From: an uncultured Candidatus Rokubacteria bacterium
GTDB taxonomy: Bacteria; Methylomirabilota; Methylomirabilia; Rokubacteriales; CSP1-6
NCBI GenBank assembly: GCA_963789955.1
Contig: CAWBMV010000001.1
Location: forward strand, 256,001 to 320,000
DNA: 64,000 bases
Direction: 5' to 3'
How positions within the stretch are numbered: the first letter of the stretch is position 1; every line of letters begins with the position of its first letter. Below, piece by piece: positions 20,667 to 30,862 of the stretch. Both the position numbers and the translations under genes were made by a program. A model generated the notes under the pieces. The model had not been told where the DNA came from, did not search any database, and was given only the letters and a program-made list of their open reading frames with translations.

Positions 20667-21443
20667 TCAGCGCCCCTGCCAGTCAGGCTTTCGCTTTTCG
20701 AGGAACGAGCGCACGCCTTCGTGGAAGTCTCGGCTCAGATAGCAGGACAGGATGAGATCGTCGAGGTCTCGGGGCGCCAGCACGGCCAGCATCCGGCGCG
20801 TGGCCTCTTTCGTCGCGGCGATCGTGAGCGGAGCCAGCTCGGCCAGGCCCGCGGCGAGCTCCCGCGTGCGTGACTCGAGCTCCGGCGCCGGATGGACACG
20901 ATCGATCAGCCCGATCGTTTTGGCCTCCTGAGCGTCGAGCAGCCGCGCCGTCAGCACGATTTCGCGAGCACGGTTGGGACCGAGCACCGACACGAGCAGG
21001 GTGAGGCTCACCGGCGCCAGGAAATTCCCGAGCGTGCGGGCCACCGGGATGCCGAAGCGCGCGTGCGGGGCGGCCAGCCTCAGATCGCACGCCAGCGCGA
21101 TGAAGAGCCCGCCACCGATCGCGTCGCCCTGCAGCATGGCGATCGTGGGTTTGCTCATGCCGGCCAGCTTCGAGAGCACCCGGGTCAGACGAGCCTCGTA
21201 GTCGAGCGCGTCCTGGCGGGTCTCGAAGTCGAGGAACTGGCGGATGTCGGTGCCGCTCGCGAACGCCTTGTCACCCGCGCCCCGCAAAATGACCGCGCGC
21301 ACGGCCGGATCGGTGTCGAGGGTGGCGCACGCATCGTGCAGCGCCTCGTACATCTCGAACGTCATCGAGTTGCGCGCGTCGGGACGATTGAAGGTGAGCA
21401 GCGCGGTGGGCCCGTCGCGCTCGACGAGGAAGTGGTCCGTCAT
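20667..21443 (-). CDS. Enoyl-CoA hydratase/isomerase (crotonase) family protein
   Basis: FNRPDARNSM, AFASGTDI, GDAIGGG and DFHEGVRSFLEKRKPDW. Its ATG overlaps the upstream TGA (ATGA); the ORF track fuses it artefactually to the cyclase. Confidence 0.92.
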   Translation of the reverse strand: MTDHFLVERDGPTALLTFNRPDARNSMTFEMYEALHDACATLDTDPAVRAVILRGAGDKAFASGTDIRQFLDFETRQDALDYEARLTRVLSKLAGMSKPTIAMLQGDAIGGGLFIALACDLRLAAPHARFGIPVARTLGNFLAPVSLTLLVSVLGPNRAREIVLTARLLDAQEAKTIGLIDRVHPAPELESRTRELAAGLAELAPLTIAATKEATRRMLAVLAPRDLDDLILSCYLSRDFHEGVRSFLEKRKPDWQGR

Positions 21444-24400
21444 CCGAGCCGTCGCGGGGTCACCCCGAAGCCCCAGTCCCGAAGGTCCTGATCGAGCTGC
21501 TCGCGCCGCCGCTCGGCGCGCCGCCGCTCCTCGGTCAGCTCCTCGAACCGCTGGCGCTGCTCGCCGCGGCGCCGATCGAGGAGCACCCGGATCCTCGCGG
21601 CGCCGGAGAGCTCTTGAGCCAGGAAGTCGTAGAGGTCGGGCTGCGAGCGGGCCACGATGAAGAGGTGCCCGAGCTCGGTCACTTCCTTTTCGGGCTGCTC
21701 CCGGCCGGAGCGCATGTCGAGCTCGTCGAAGGCCCGCTGCGCCTGCGAACGGCGCTGCGCGGCGGCCTCGACGTCGCCCAGCCGCGACTCGAGCGGCGCC
21801 GAGGCTCAGCAGGCACGACGCGACGAGCGGGCGCAGCCCGAGCTCGGCGGCGAGGCGCAGCGCCTCTTCGTACCGCGTGCGCGCTTCGCTCGGGTCCGCG
21901 GGGACGCGGCGGGCGGCGATGTCGCCCAGCACCTGAAGCGCCTGCGCTTCGTGCCCGCGCTCGCCGTGCTCGCGCGCCATGTCCAGAGCCTGGCGCGCCG
22001 TGTCGAGCGCCTTTTGATGCTGACCGTCGGCCAGAAAGCCTTCCGCGAGATTGACGAGCCAGGCGGCGAGATACGCGCGGATGCCCAGCTCACGGCTCAG
22101 GGCCACGCCGTCCTCGAGCAGGCGAAGCCCCTCGGGCACGTGGCCCATGCGGACGAACGCGAGGCCGAGCAGCGAGAGCGGAATCGGCAGCCACACGGTG
22201 AGGTGCTTCTTGCGGCAGGCTTCCAGTCCGCGCTCGAGCGGCATCACGGCGCGCGCCAGGCGCCCGCGCCGGATCCATACGAGCCCGATCAGGGTCCAGG
22301 CGATCAGACGGCCGTACGCGTGCTGCGTGGTCTCGGCGGCGCGTTGCGCCTCGGCCAGGTACGAATTCGCCGCGTCGAACGCGCCGCGGTCGGCGAGGCT
22401 GAAGGCGAGCCACCCGCACGAGGCGACGTACGAGATCGTCGCTTGATCGCCGGCGGTCGTGTCGATGTTCTCGCGGAGCGCGCGTTCGGCCCGGGCGTAG
22501 TCGCCCTGGGCGTGATAGCTCTGGCCCATGTACTGGCGCGCCAGTCCCTGGAGCGCGGCATCGCCGATGGCGCGGCCCACGTCGAGACAGCGCTGGCCGT
22601 ACTCGATCGCCTGCTTCGTCTCGCCCTTGAGATAGTGGTAGTTGATCAGATAGGTGTAGACGCGAGCCAGACGCGCCTCGTCGCCGAGGTCGCCGGCCAG
22701 GCGCTCGGCTTCGCGCGAGACGCTCAGGACGTCGTCGAGCCGGCCGAGCTGCAGGAGCGGCGGGCGCAGGTCCAGGCGAAGGTCGATCGCCTGCTCGCGC
22801 GTCTCACGCGTCTCCGGGAGCCGCTTGAGCGCGGCGAGCGCGTCTTGAAAGGCCTGGACCGCTTCGGTGTTCGCCGCATGCAAGACCGCGCGCGCGCCGA
22901 CCTGCCGGTTGTACACGAGCGCTTTCGCCCACACCTCGCCCCGCGATGCATGGAACGCGAGCTGGTCGATATGGCTCGTGCGACGGTCGTGGTAGAGCCG
23001 CTCGATCGCCTCCACGATCCGCGCGTGCAGGACCCGCCGCTGCTCGCGCAGCAAGCTCGCATAGGCGACGTCGCGGGTGAGCGCGCTCTTGAAGCGGTAG
23101 ACGACGTCGGGGAACAGGCTCGCCTCGTAGAGAAAGCCGGCGCCTTGCAGGCTCGCCAGCGCGCGTCCGACGCTCTCGGCCGGAACGTCCACGATCGCCT
23201 CGAGCAGCGCTTGCGGCACGTCCGAGCCGACCACGGCGGAGGACTGGAGCAAGAGCTTCTCGTCGTGCGGAAGCCGGTCGATGCGGGCGGCCAGGACGGC
23301 CTGGACCGTCAACGGCACCTGGAGCGTCTTGAGCTCGGCGCCCATCCGATAGGCGCCGCGCTCGCCCACGAGCACCTTGGTCTCGACGAGGGTGCGGACG
23401 ATCTCTTCCAGGAAGAACGGGTTGCCGTTGCTCCGCTGGATCAGAAGGTCGCGCAGGGCTCGGAGCGAGCGGCTGTCCCCGAGCAGCTCCCGGAGCAGCT
23501 CGTCGGTCGCCGCCGACGAGAGCGCGTCGATCTCCAGATGATTGAAGCCGGCGCGCCCGGCCCAGTCGTGCTCGTATCCGGGCCGGTAGTCGACGAGCAG
23601 CAGCAGGCGCGCGGTCGGGATCCGGTCGAGGAGGCTATCGAGAAAGGCCTGCGTCTCGGCGTCGACCCACTGGAGGTTCTCGAGAACGAGCACGAGCGGC
23701 TGGCGCTCGGTCTCCTTCAAGAGCACGTGCGTGAGCGCGTCGACCACCCGGTCGTGCCGCTCGCGCGCGTCGAGCTGTCGAAACGGATCGTCCGATGGCA
23801 ACGCGTCGAGCAGCGACAGGGTCGGCGCCACCGCCTCGCCCAGCCCGGGATCGAGCTCGCGGATGATCGCGGCGATCTTCTCGGCCACCCGTGAGGCCGG
23901 GTCGAGCGCGTCGAGCTCGAAATACGATCGGAGCAGCTCGATGATCGGGCGATACGACGCCGCTCGCTCGTACGAGTGCGAGCGGCCTTCGAGGATGCGC
24001 CACGTCTGGGTCTTCGCCGAGCGAAGGAACTCGTGGATGAGCCGGGTCTTGCCGACACCCGCCTCCGAGCTGACCGCCGCGATCTGACCGTGGCCGGTGC
24101 GCGCGAGCTCGAGCAGCGTGTGCAGCCGGTCGAGCTCCGCGACGCGCCCGATGAATCGCGAGAGCTGCTGCGTGTCGGCGGAACGCAGCCTCGAGCGCGC
24201 CGGCGCCCCGCCGACGAGCTCGGAGACCTCGACGGCCGCGTCGAGTCCTTTGACCGGCCGGGCGCCGAGTGCAGTGACCTGCACGGCGCTCTCCGCGAGC
24301 CGGACCGTGCTCGGCGCGACGAGGATGGTGCCCGGGTCCGCCATCTGCTCCATGCGGGCCGCCAGGTGGGTGGTTTGACCCACCGCCGAGTAGTCCACCT

Positions 24401-24923
24401 TGAGGTCGCTCCCGATCGAGCGCACCACGACCTCGCCGGAGTTGAGACCGACGCGGATCCTGACCGAGATGCCCTCGGTCTTCTGGATCAGCTCGGCGTA
24501 GCGCCCGACGGATTCCTGCATCCGCAGCGCGGCGTAGCAGGCGCGCACCGCGTGGTCCTCGTGCGCGAGCGGCGCGCCGAAGAGCGCCATGATGCCGTCG
24601 CCCATCACCTGGTTGACCGTGCCTTCGTAGCGGTGGACCGCCTCCATCATGCGCTCGAGGACGGGGTCGAGCAGCCGGCGAGCCTCCTCGGGATCGCGGT
24701 CGACGAGGAGCTCCATCGAGCCCTTGAGATCCGCGAAGAGGACGGTGACCTGCTTGCGCTCGCCGATCATCGCGGCGCGCGAGGTCAGGATCTTGTCGGC
24801 GAGGTGCGGCGGCGTGTAGGCCTTGGGTACGGCGGTGGGTGTCGCCGCCGTGAGGCTGGTGCCGCAGCCGTTACAGAATCGGGCGCTGTCCGGGTTGTCC
24901 TGCTGGCAGGCCGGACACTTCAT
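21440..24923 (-). CDS. Class III adenylate/guanylate cyclase with double Zn-ribbon, AAA ATPase and TPR domains (frameshift near 21795)
   Basis: CPAC...CNGC, VTVLFADLKGS, MGDGIMALFGAP, HLAARME, Walker A EAGVGKT, GNPFFLEE, TPR-like helices. The last about 118 aa lie in the 21440 frame. Confidence 0.88.
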
Positions 24924-25759
24924 CCTTTGACGCTCCCGGCCGTGAGCCCTTCCACCATATAGCGCTGGAGGTAGGTATAGACGAGGATGACCGGGAGTGT
25001 GGTGAGGACGGCGCCGGCCATCAGGTAGCCCCAGCCGTAGACGTCGCCCGTAATGAACGTGGAAAGGCCGACCGGCAGCGTCCGCTGCTTGACGTCGCTG
25101 ATGAACACGAGGGCGTACAGGAATTCGTTCCAGGCCTGCGTGAACGCGAAGAGGCCCGCCGCCAGCACGCCGGGCGCCGCGAGCGGCAGGATGATGCGCC
25201 GAAACGCGCCGAAGCGCGTGGCGCCGTCGATCATCGCCGCCTCTTCCAGCTCCTCCGGGATCGAGCCGAAGTACCCCATGAGGAGCCACGTCACGAACGG
25301 CACCGTGAAGGACGGGTAGGCGGCGATGAGCCCGGCCAGGCTGTCGGCCAGCCCCATCGTGCGAATCTGCGCGTAGAGCGGGATGAACAGGATCGACGGC
25401 GGCACCAGGTACGTGATCAAGGTCGCGCTCGACAGGAAGGCGCGGCCCAGGAAGCGCAGCCGCGCCAGCGCGTAGGCGCCGAGGGTGCCGATGGCCGTCG
25501 CGACGAGCGTGCTCGACACCGCGACGAGCGCGCTGTTGCGGAACCAGACCGCGAAGTCGGTCTTGGTCAGGAGCTGGGTGTAGTTCTCGAGCGCGAACGG
25601 CGAGGGCCAGAACATCGAGACCAGGCTGCGCATCTGGTCCTCGGTCTTGAACGACGTGACCGTCATCCAGTAGAACGGAAACAGGACCAGCAGCAGCAGG
25701 AGGCCCAGGAACGTATAGGCGACCGCGGTCTGGAGCCGTTCGATCGCGTCCCGGTTCAC
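24920..25759 (-). CDS. Carbohydrate ABC transporter permease (MalG-like)
   Basis: EAA loop IPEELEEAAMIDGA and AWNEFLYAL; GTG start overlaps the upstream stop. Confidence 0.92.
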   Translation of the reverse strand: MNRDAIERLQTAVAYTFLGLLLLLVLFPFYWMTVTSFKTEDQMRSLVSMFWPSPFALENYTQLLTKTDFAVWFRNSALVAVSSTLVATAIGTLGAYALARLRFLGRAFLSSATLITYLVPPSILFIPLYAQIRTMGLADSLAGLIAAYPSFTVPFVTWLLMGYFGSIPEELEEAAMIDGATRFGAFRRIILPLAAPGVLAAGLFAFTQAWNEFLYALVFISDVKQRTLPVGLSTFITGDVYGWGYLMAGAVLTTLPVILVYTYLQRYMVEGLTAGSVKG

Positions 25760-26700
25760 TTCGCGTGACTCCGGCGCATGTACCGCGAGAGCACGATGAT
25801 CACCATCGCGAGCGCCGGCAGCATGTAGAGCGCGGCGGCGATCGCCTCGCCGAGCCGCTGGGCACCGAAGGCCATCTCGTAGGTGAAGACCGGGATCACC
25901 TGCGTGGCGCCGCCCGGACCGCCCTTGGTCAGGATGTAGACGATCGCGAAGTCGTTGAAGGTCCAGATCGTCGACAGCAGCATCACGATGATGATGATGT
26001 TGCGGAGCGCCGGCAGCGTCACGTGGCGGAAGCGCTGGACGATGTTGGCGCCGTCCACCGACGCGGCCTCGTACTGCTCGCCCGGAATCGCCTTCATCCC
26101 GGCCAGGAACGAGATCCCGAAGAACGGAAACCCGCGCCAGATGTTGACGAAGATCACCGACGCCATCGCCGTGCCGGCCTCGCTGAGCCAGCCGACGCCC
26201 TGCGGCAGGATGCGGAAGACCTTGACCAGGAGATAGTTCAGGACGCCGAGGCTCGCGTCGAAGATCCAGAGGAAGTTCAGCGCCGACACGACGGTCGGCG
26301 CGACCCACGGGATCAGCAGGAGGCCGGTGAAGAGATTGCGGTAGCGGATGCGCGAGGTCAGCACCAGCGCCATCACCATGCCCAGGACGAGCTTGAAGCC
26401 GACCGAGGCGAACGTGAAGACGAACGAGTTCCAGACGGCGCGCCGGAAGAAGCCGTCGTAGGCCAGGCGCACGTAGTTCTCGAAGCCGACGAAGACGGGC
26501 GGCACGCCGACGTACTTGCGGGTCAGGCTCAGGTACACCGCGTAGCAGAACGGATAGGCGACCAGCGCCAGCACCATGACCACGATCGGCAGCACGAAGA
26601 GGTAGCCCAGATGCCAGTCGGCCCCGAGCCGGCGCCGGAGCGCGGTGCGCGGTCGGGCCGCGCGCGCTCGCTCGACTGGGATCTGGGCGACGGTAGCCAT
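25756..26700 (-). CDS. Carbohydrate ABC transporter permease (MalF/UgpA-like)
   Basis: FVGFENYVRL, YEAASVDGA and LTKGGPG. Confidence 0.92.
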   Translation of the reverse strand: MATVAQIPVERARAARPRTALRRRLGADWHLGYLFVLPIVVMVLALVAYPFCYAVYLSLTRKYVGVPPVFVGFENYVRLAYDGFFRRAVWNSFVFTFASVGFKLVLGMVMALVLTSRIRYRNLFTGLLLIPWVAPTVVSALNFLWIFDASLGVLNYLLVKVFRILPQGVGWLSEAGTAMASVIFVNIWRGFPFFGISFLAGMKAIPGEQYEAASVDGANIVQRFRHVTLPALRNIIIIVMLLSTIWTFNDFAIVYILTKGGPGGATQVIPVFTYEMAFGAQRLGEAIAAALYMLPALAMVIIVLSRYMRRSHAK

Positions 26701-26720
26701 GGGTCGGCGCGCGCTCGCCG

Positions 26721-28091
26721 CTACTTGCCTCCTCTGATCTTGTAGACTTCCTCGATGCGGCCGTGCGTTTCCTTCAGCGCGGCCTCGAGCGAGAGCCCGG
26801 CCGTCACGACGCGGCCCGCCATGTCGCACAGCATGTACTGCGCCTGCACCTCGATGGCCGCGGGCGTGATCGGGCCGGGATAGCCGGGCCACATGCTGCG
26901 CAGGATGTTCTGCAGCATGCCCTCGTAGTTCGGGTCGCTCTTCCAGTACGGATGCTCGGCGCGCGACTTGTACACCGGGCCGGCCTGGCCGCTGCACGCC
27001 TTCATGTACTCCTCGAAGCGCTTCTCGTCCTCGACCCAGCGGATCATGTCCTCGGCCAGCTCGTGGTGCTTCGACTTCTGGAAGACGCCCCAGTTGTAGG
27101 CGCCGGCGAAGACGAACGAGCCGGCCGGCCCGCCCGGCGTGAGGATGACCTGGGTTTTCTCGAACAGCGGGTGCTTCTTCGCCACCATCGCGTAGAAGAG
27201 GCTGGCGCCGTTGTTGGTGGTGACGAGCTTGCCCGCCATGTACGCCTCGTTGTTGCTCGCGTCGTTCCAGCCCATGACGCCGGGCGGCTGGACCTTGTGC
27301 TTCTGGATCGTGTCGACCGCGAACTGGAGCGCCGCCATGTTCGCCTTGAGATTCGACGTCGCGAGCGCGGGCTTACCGTCCTTGTCCCAGGCGCTCCCGC
27401 CGTAGTTCCACAGGATGTTCTGCATGAAGCCGTTGCCGTCGTCGCACCGGTTGAGCGTCTGGCCGAAGCCCCAGATGTCCTTCGACGGGTCCTGGCACTT
27501 CTTGGCGACGTCGATCACGTCGGGGTCGTACACCTTCGGCATCTTGAGGCCCTTCTCCGCGAGCAGGTCCTTGCGGACGTGCAGCCCGCCGCCGAAGGCC
27601 AGGCGCGCGATGCCGAAGTACTGGCCGTTGAACTGCACGACCCGATCGGCGTACGGCAGGAGACCGCCGCGCGCCGCCGCGAGCTCCTTGGCCAGCTTGG
27701 TCACGTCGCGCAGCGCCGCCTTGTAGCGCATCGGTCCCTGGTAGTTCATCTCGGCGACGTCGGGCGGGTTGCCGGCCTCGATGGCGGCGACGAACTTCTG
27801 CTCGCGGTCGCCGAAGGTGGCCCAGTCGAACTCGGGCTCGACGTTGCGCTCCTTCGCCCAGGCCTCGACGTGCTTGGCGAGGATGTCGTTGCCGCCGGTC
27901 ACGTAGCTCTTGAAGAGCCAGATGCGGAGCTTGGTCTTCGGCTGCGCCGACGCCATGCCGCGCAGCACGGCCAGGCCGGCGGCGGTGCCGCCGGTGAGCA
28001 CGGCGGATTTCCGGAGGAACTCGCGGCGGGCGATCAGGCCCGCGTCGAGCTCGGCGGCGAGCCCCTTCAGGCGCGCGTCGGTCGTGATCAT
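26721..28091 (-). CDS. ABC transporter extracellular solute-binding protein (family 1), Tat-exported
   Basis: Tat-like ARREFLRK signal, AAIEAGNPPDVA and WNDASNNEAY; adjacent to two permeases. Confidence 0.9.
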   Translation of the reverse strand: MITTDARLKGLAAELDAGLIARREFLRKSAVLTGGTAAGLAVLRGMASAQPKTKLRIWLFKSYVTGGNDILAKHVEAWAKERNVEPEFDWATFGDREQKFVAAIEAGNPPDVAEMNYQGPMRYKAALRDVTKLAKELAAARGGLLPYADRVVQFNGQYFGIARLAFGGGLHVRKDLLAEKGLKMPKVYDPDVIDVAKKCQDPSKDIWGFGQTLNRCDDGNGFMQNILWNYGGSAWDKDGKPALATSNLKANMAALQFAVDTIQKHKVQPPGVMGWNDASNNEAYMAGKLVTTNNGASLFYAMVAKKHPLFEKTQVILTPGGPAGSFVFAGAYNWGVFQKSKHHELAEDMIRWVEDEKRFEEYMKACSGQAGPVYKSRAEHPYWKSDPNYEGMLQNILRSMWPGYPGPITPAAIEVQAQYMLCDMAGRVVTAGLSLEAALKETHGRIEEVYKIRGGK

Positions 28092-28276
28092 TTGGAGTCG
28101 CTCGCCAGCTTTCCGTTGACGCCCCAGTTCGACCGCTCCACGTCCTGGAAGACGATCTGAACCTGGTCGGCGGTCGTCTTGCCGATCTTCACCATCGCTT
28201 CGGTGATCGCGGCGGTGATCTCGCGCTTCTGCTGGTCGGTGCGTCCTGCGTACCACTGGATCGTGATGTTGGGCAT
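28088..28276 (-). CDS. 4-oxalocrotonate tautomerase family protein
   Basis: 62 aa with Pro-1 (MPNITI), GRTDQQKRE and NWGVNG; SD GAGGAG. Confidence 0.92.
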   Translation of the reverse strand: MPNITIQWYAGRTDQQKREITAAITEAMVKIGKTTADQVQIVFQDVERSNWGVNGKLASDSK

Positions 28277-28518
28277 GGCCTCTCTCCTCGATTTATCGGC
28301 ACGCCTCGACCGGCGGAGCCTGAGCCCCGCGACGGCCTGCAGCGCGCACGTCCGGGTGCTGCGTGGCAGCGATTATCGCAGTGGGCCGTCCGCCGGGCAA
28401 GGCAGCGTCACGCCGGGAACTGTGGCGCGGCGGCTGCGCGAGAAGATGCTCGAGCGCAGCGATCAGCGTCGAAGCGTACCGGCGCAGGATCGCCGAACCC
28501 TGACGAGAGCCGGCTCGG

Positions 28519-29412
28519 TCAGGCGCGGTGTCGGCGCCGGGTGGCTCGTCGAGCTCCGGATGTGTCGCGCGACGGGCTCGGCGCTCGTCGCCGAGAGTCA
28601 GGTCGTGCACGTGGCGATGATCTGACGGGCGGCGCCTCCGGCGTGCGGCCAGCCCGGAGCAGGAAGAGGCGTAGCATCCGCTCGTCGAAGTCCGCGTCGA
28701 ACGTCGGCGTCGGCGGATACCGATGGTAGAGCGAGTGTGCCTCGAGCACCTGGAGTCCTGACGATCGGGTCAGGCGGGCCAGATCGTCGAAGCCCGGCAG
28801 GACGTGCAGGATGTCGGCCCAGATCGACCGGGGATGACCGGCGAACATCTCGCTGAGCATGACGTCCACGATCAGGAGCGCGCCGGGGGCCGCGAGCGTC
28901 ACGAGGTGGCCGAAGCCCCGCGCGAGCTCGCGGTGATCGCGCGCGTGGTTGAGCACGGCGCCGAGCGCCGCCACGATCGAGAACGGGCCGCGCGCCCCGA
29001 GCGCGGCGACGTCTCGCGCGTCGAAGATGTCGGAGCGCTCGAGCCGGCCGGCGAGGCGCGGATGGCGCGCGGCCGCGCTTTCCAGGAGCTCGGGCTGAAC
29101 GTCGGTCATCAGGACGTCGTAGCCGTGATCGAGCGCGGTCACGGCCAGATCGCCCAGGCCGCCGCCGATCTCGAGCCACCGGGCGCCGATCCCAAGCTCA
29201 CGACGATATCGGGCGACGGACTGCCAGAGGTCGAACGACGCCGGGGTGAGGTAGGAGGTGATCTCGTCGGCGGAGATGCCGAGGTAGTAGTCCTTGATCT
29301 CCCGCCGCCGCTGTCTATCGGAGCGCATGCTGTGTAGCGGGGTCCGCGAGTTCGGCTCGGGCCGAGGGTGGCCTGAGATAGGTGCGTGTGGCTCCGACAC
29401 GCCCGAACTCAC
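28519..29412 (-). CDS. Class I SAM-dependent methyltransferase (ends uncertain)
   Basis: WLEIGGGLG motif I, LMTDVQ and LAAPGALLIVD; GTG overlaps the amidohydrolase stop; the C-terminus may be frameshifted. Confidence 0.75.
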   Translation of the reverse strand: MSSGVSEPHAPISGHPRPEPNSRTPLHSMRSDRQRRREIKDYYLGISADEITSYLTPASFDLWQSVARYRRELGIGARWLEIGGGLGDLAVTALDHGYDVLMTDVQPELLESAAARHPRLAGRLERSDIFDARDVAALGARGPFSIVAALGAVLNHARDHRELARGFGHLVTLAAPGALLIVDVMLSEMFAGHPRSIWADILHVLPGFDDLARLTRSSGLQVLEAHSLYHRYPPTPTFDADFDERMLRLFLLRAGRTPEAPPVRSSPRARPDSRRRAPSPSRDTSGARRATRRRHRA

Positions 29413-30568
29413 GTTGACGCTGTTCGGCCCGTCTCGGCGATCTTGTAGACGCGCCGCACGTTGTCCCAGAGCATCTTCGACTGGATCGCGGGCGCGATGC
29501 CGCGGAACTGCTCCTCGATCGCCTTCTGCGAGAAGGGCCAGGTGCCGTCGCGGTGGGGATAGTCCGAGCCCCACATGACGTTGTCGGGCGCGATCTCCGC
29601 CATCGCGCGCACGCCGTGGAAGTCCTTCTGGAACGTCGCGTACATCTGGCGCTTGAAGTAGGCGCTCGGCGGCAGCGTGAGTCCGAGATCGTCGGCCAGG
29701 CGCTCCTCGTACGTGTCGTCGAGGCGCTCGAGCATGTACGGCAGCCAGCCGATCCCGCTTTCGCCGAGCACCAGGGTGAGCTTCGGATGGCGCTCGCAGA
29801 CGCCGGACAGGATCACCGAGGCGCAGATCTCGTCCATCTGAAGCGGCGCGACCACGGTCCAGGAGCCGGCGGACGCCGGGCTCTGGATGCCCTGGACGGC
29901 GTAGCCGACGGTCGCGGCGCCGCCCTCGAAGACGTGAAACGAGATCGACGAGATCGGTCTCCTCCGCGGCCGTCCACAGAGGCTCCCATTCCTGATGCCA
30001 CACCGGGAGCTTCGAGCCCCACGGAACGAAGACGGCGCCACGCAGCCCGAGCTCGGCGCAGTGACGCACCTCGTCGGCCGCCGCGCTCGCGTCGTGATTC
30101 GGCAGACAGCCGAGGCCGAAGAAGCGTCCGGGCTGGGATCGATTGAAGTCGGCGATGTAGTCGTTGTACGCACGGTACACCGCGGCCAAGGTCTCGTGAT
30201 CGGCGATGCCGCTGTGCGTGAACAACCCGCGCGAGATCCCGATGATGCCGTAGATGATCTCGGCCTCGACGCCGTCGCGCTCCTGATCCTGGCGCCGCTC
30301 GGCGGGATTCGAGGGCCGCGTCTGCGTGCCGGAGGCGAAGCCGGCGTCGGCCAGGATGCGGCCGCGCCGTCCACCGGTCACGCCCGGGACCGTACACGCC
30401 CCACGGCCCGAGCACGGCGTCGCCGGACACCCACACCTTGCGTCCATCGCGCTCGACCACCTTCGGCGCGCGGTCGCGCCACGTCGACGCCATGCGCGAG
30501 GTGAAGGTATCGGGCGGGAGGTAGATGAGATCCATGTGGCTGTCGGCCGACATCGCTCTGAGAGACAT
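29409..30568 (-). CDS. Amidohydrolase family protein (Amidohydro_2), frameshifts near 30385 and 29950
   Basis: SADSHM, DQERDGVEAEIIY, AYNDYIADF, SFHV, ERHPKL..GESGIGWLP and MWGSDYPHRDGTWP, spread over three frames. Confidence 0.88.
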
Positions 30569-30776
30569 GGGCGACTCCTCTGTTTCGAGCGGACGCGAGT
30601 GAGGGCGAGCGTAGTCCCAGTCTTGCGCGAACGCAAGAATCCGGAATCTCCCGTGGCACGGTCAGACTGACCAGAAGCGGACAGTCTGGCTCGCACGTGA
30701 CCAGCGCGCATTCGTGGCCGGTGGTCCAAATCTACAAAAACCTTTGGGTCTGTTTTTTCGGAAATCCGGAATCGCG

Positions 30777-30792
30777 TGGCATTTCGCTTGCT
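30777..30792 (+). promoter_or_regulatory. Putative sigma54 (-24/-12) promoter
   Basis: TGGCAT-TTCGC-TTGCT about 70 nt upstream of the FecR gene; palindrome GGTCAG-A-CTGACC at 30660-30672 may be an activator site. Confidence 0.7.
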
Positions 30793-30862
30793 CTATCAGC
30801 ACTTCGCCGCGCGCACCGAAGCCGACCGAGACGTGAAACGTGGCGACGGCGGGGGAGATCGA

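Noticed and set aside
20667..25289. 1540-aa cyclase-crotonase fusion in the ORF track
   Set aside because: Artefact of the frameshift near 21795. The true cyclase tail ends at 21440 and the crotonase has its own overlapping ATG.
28293..28610. 105-aa ORF between the methyltransferase and tautomerase
   Set aside because: May be a frameshifted extension of the methyltransferase; cannot be supported as an independent gene.
30654..30670. TGGCACG as another sigma54 promoter
   Set aside because: No GC at the -12 position.
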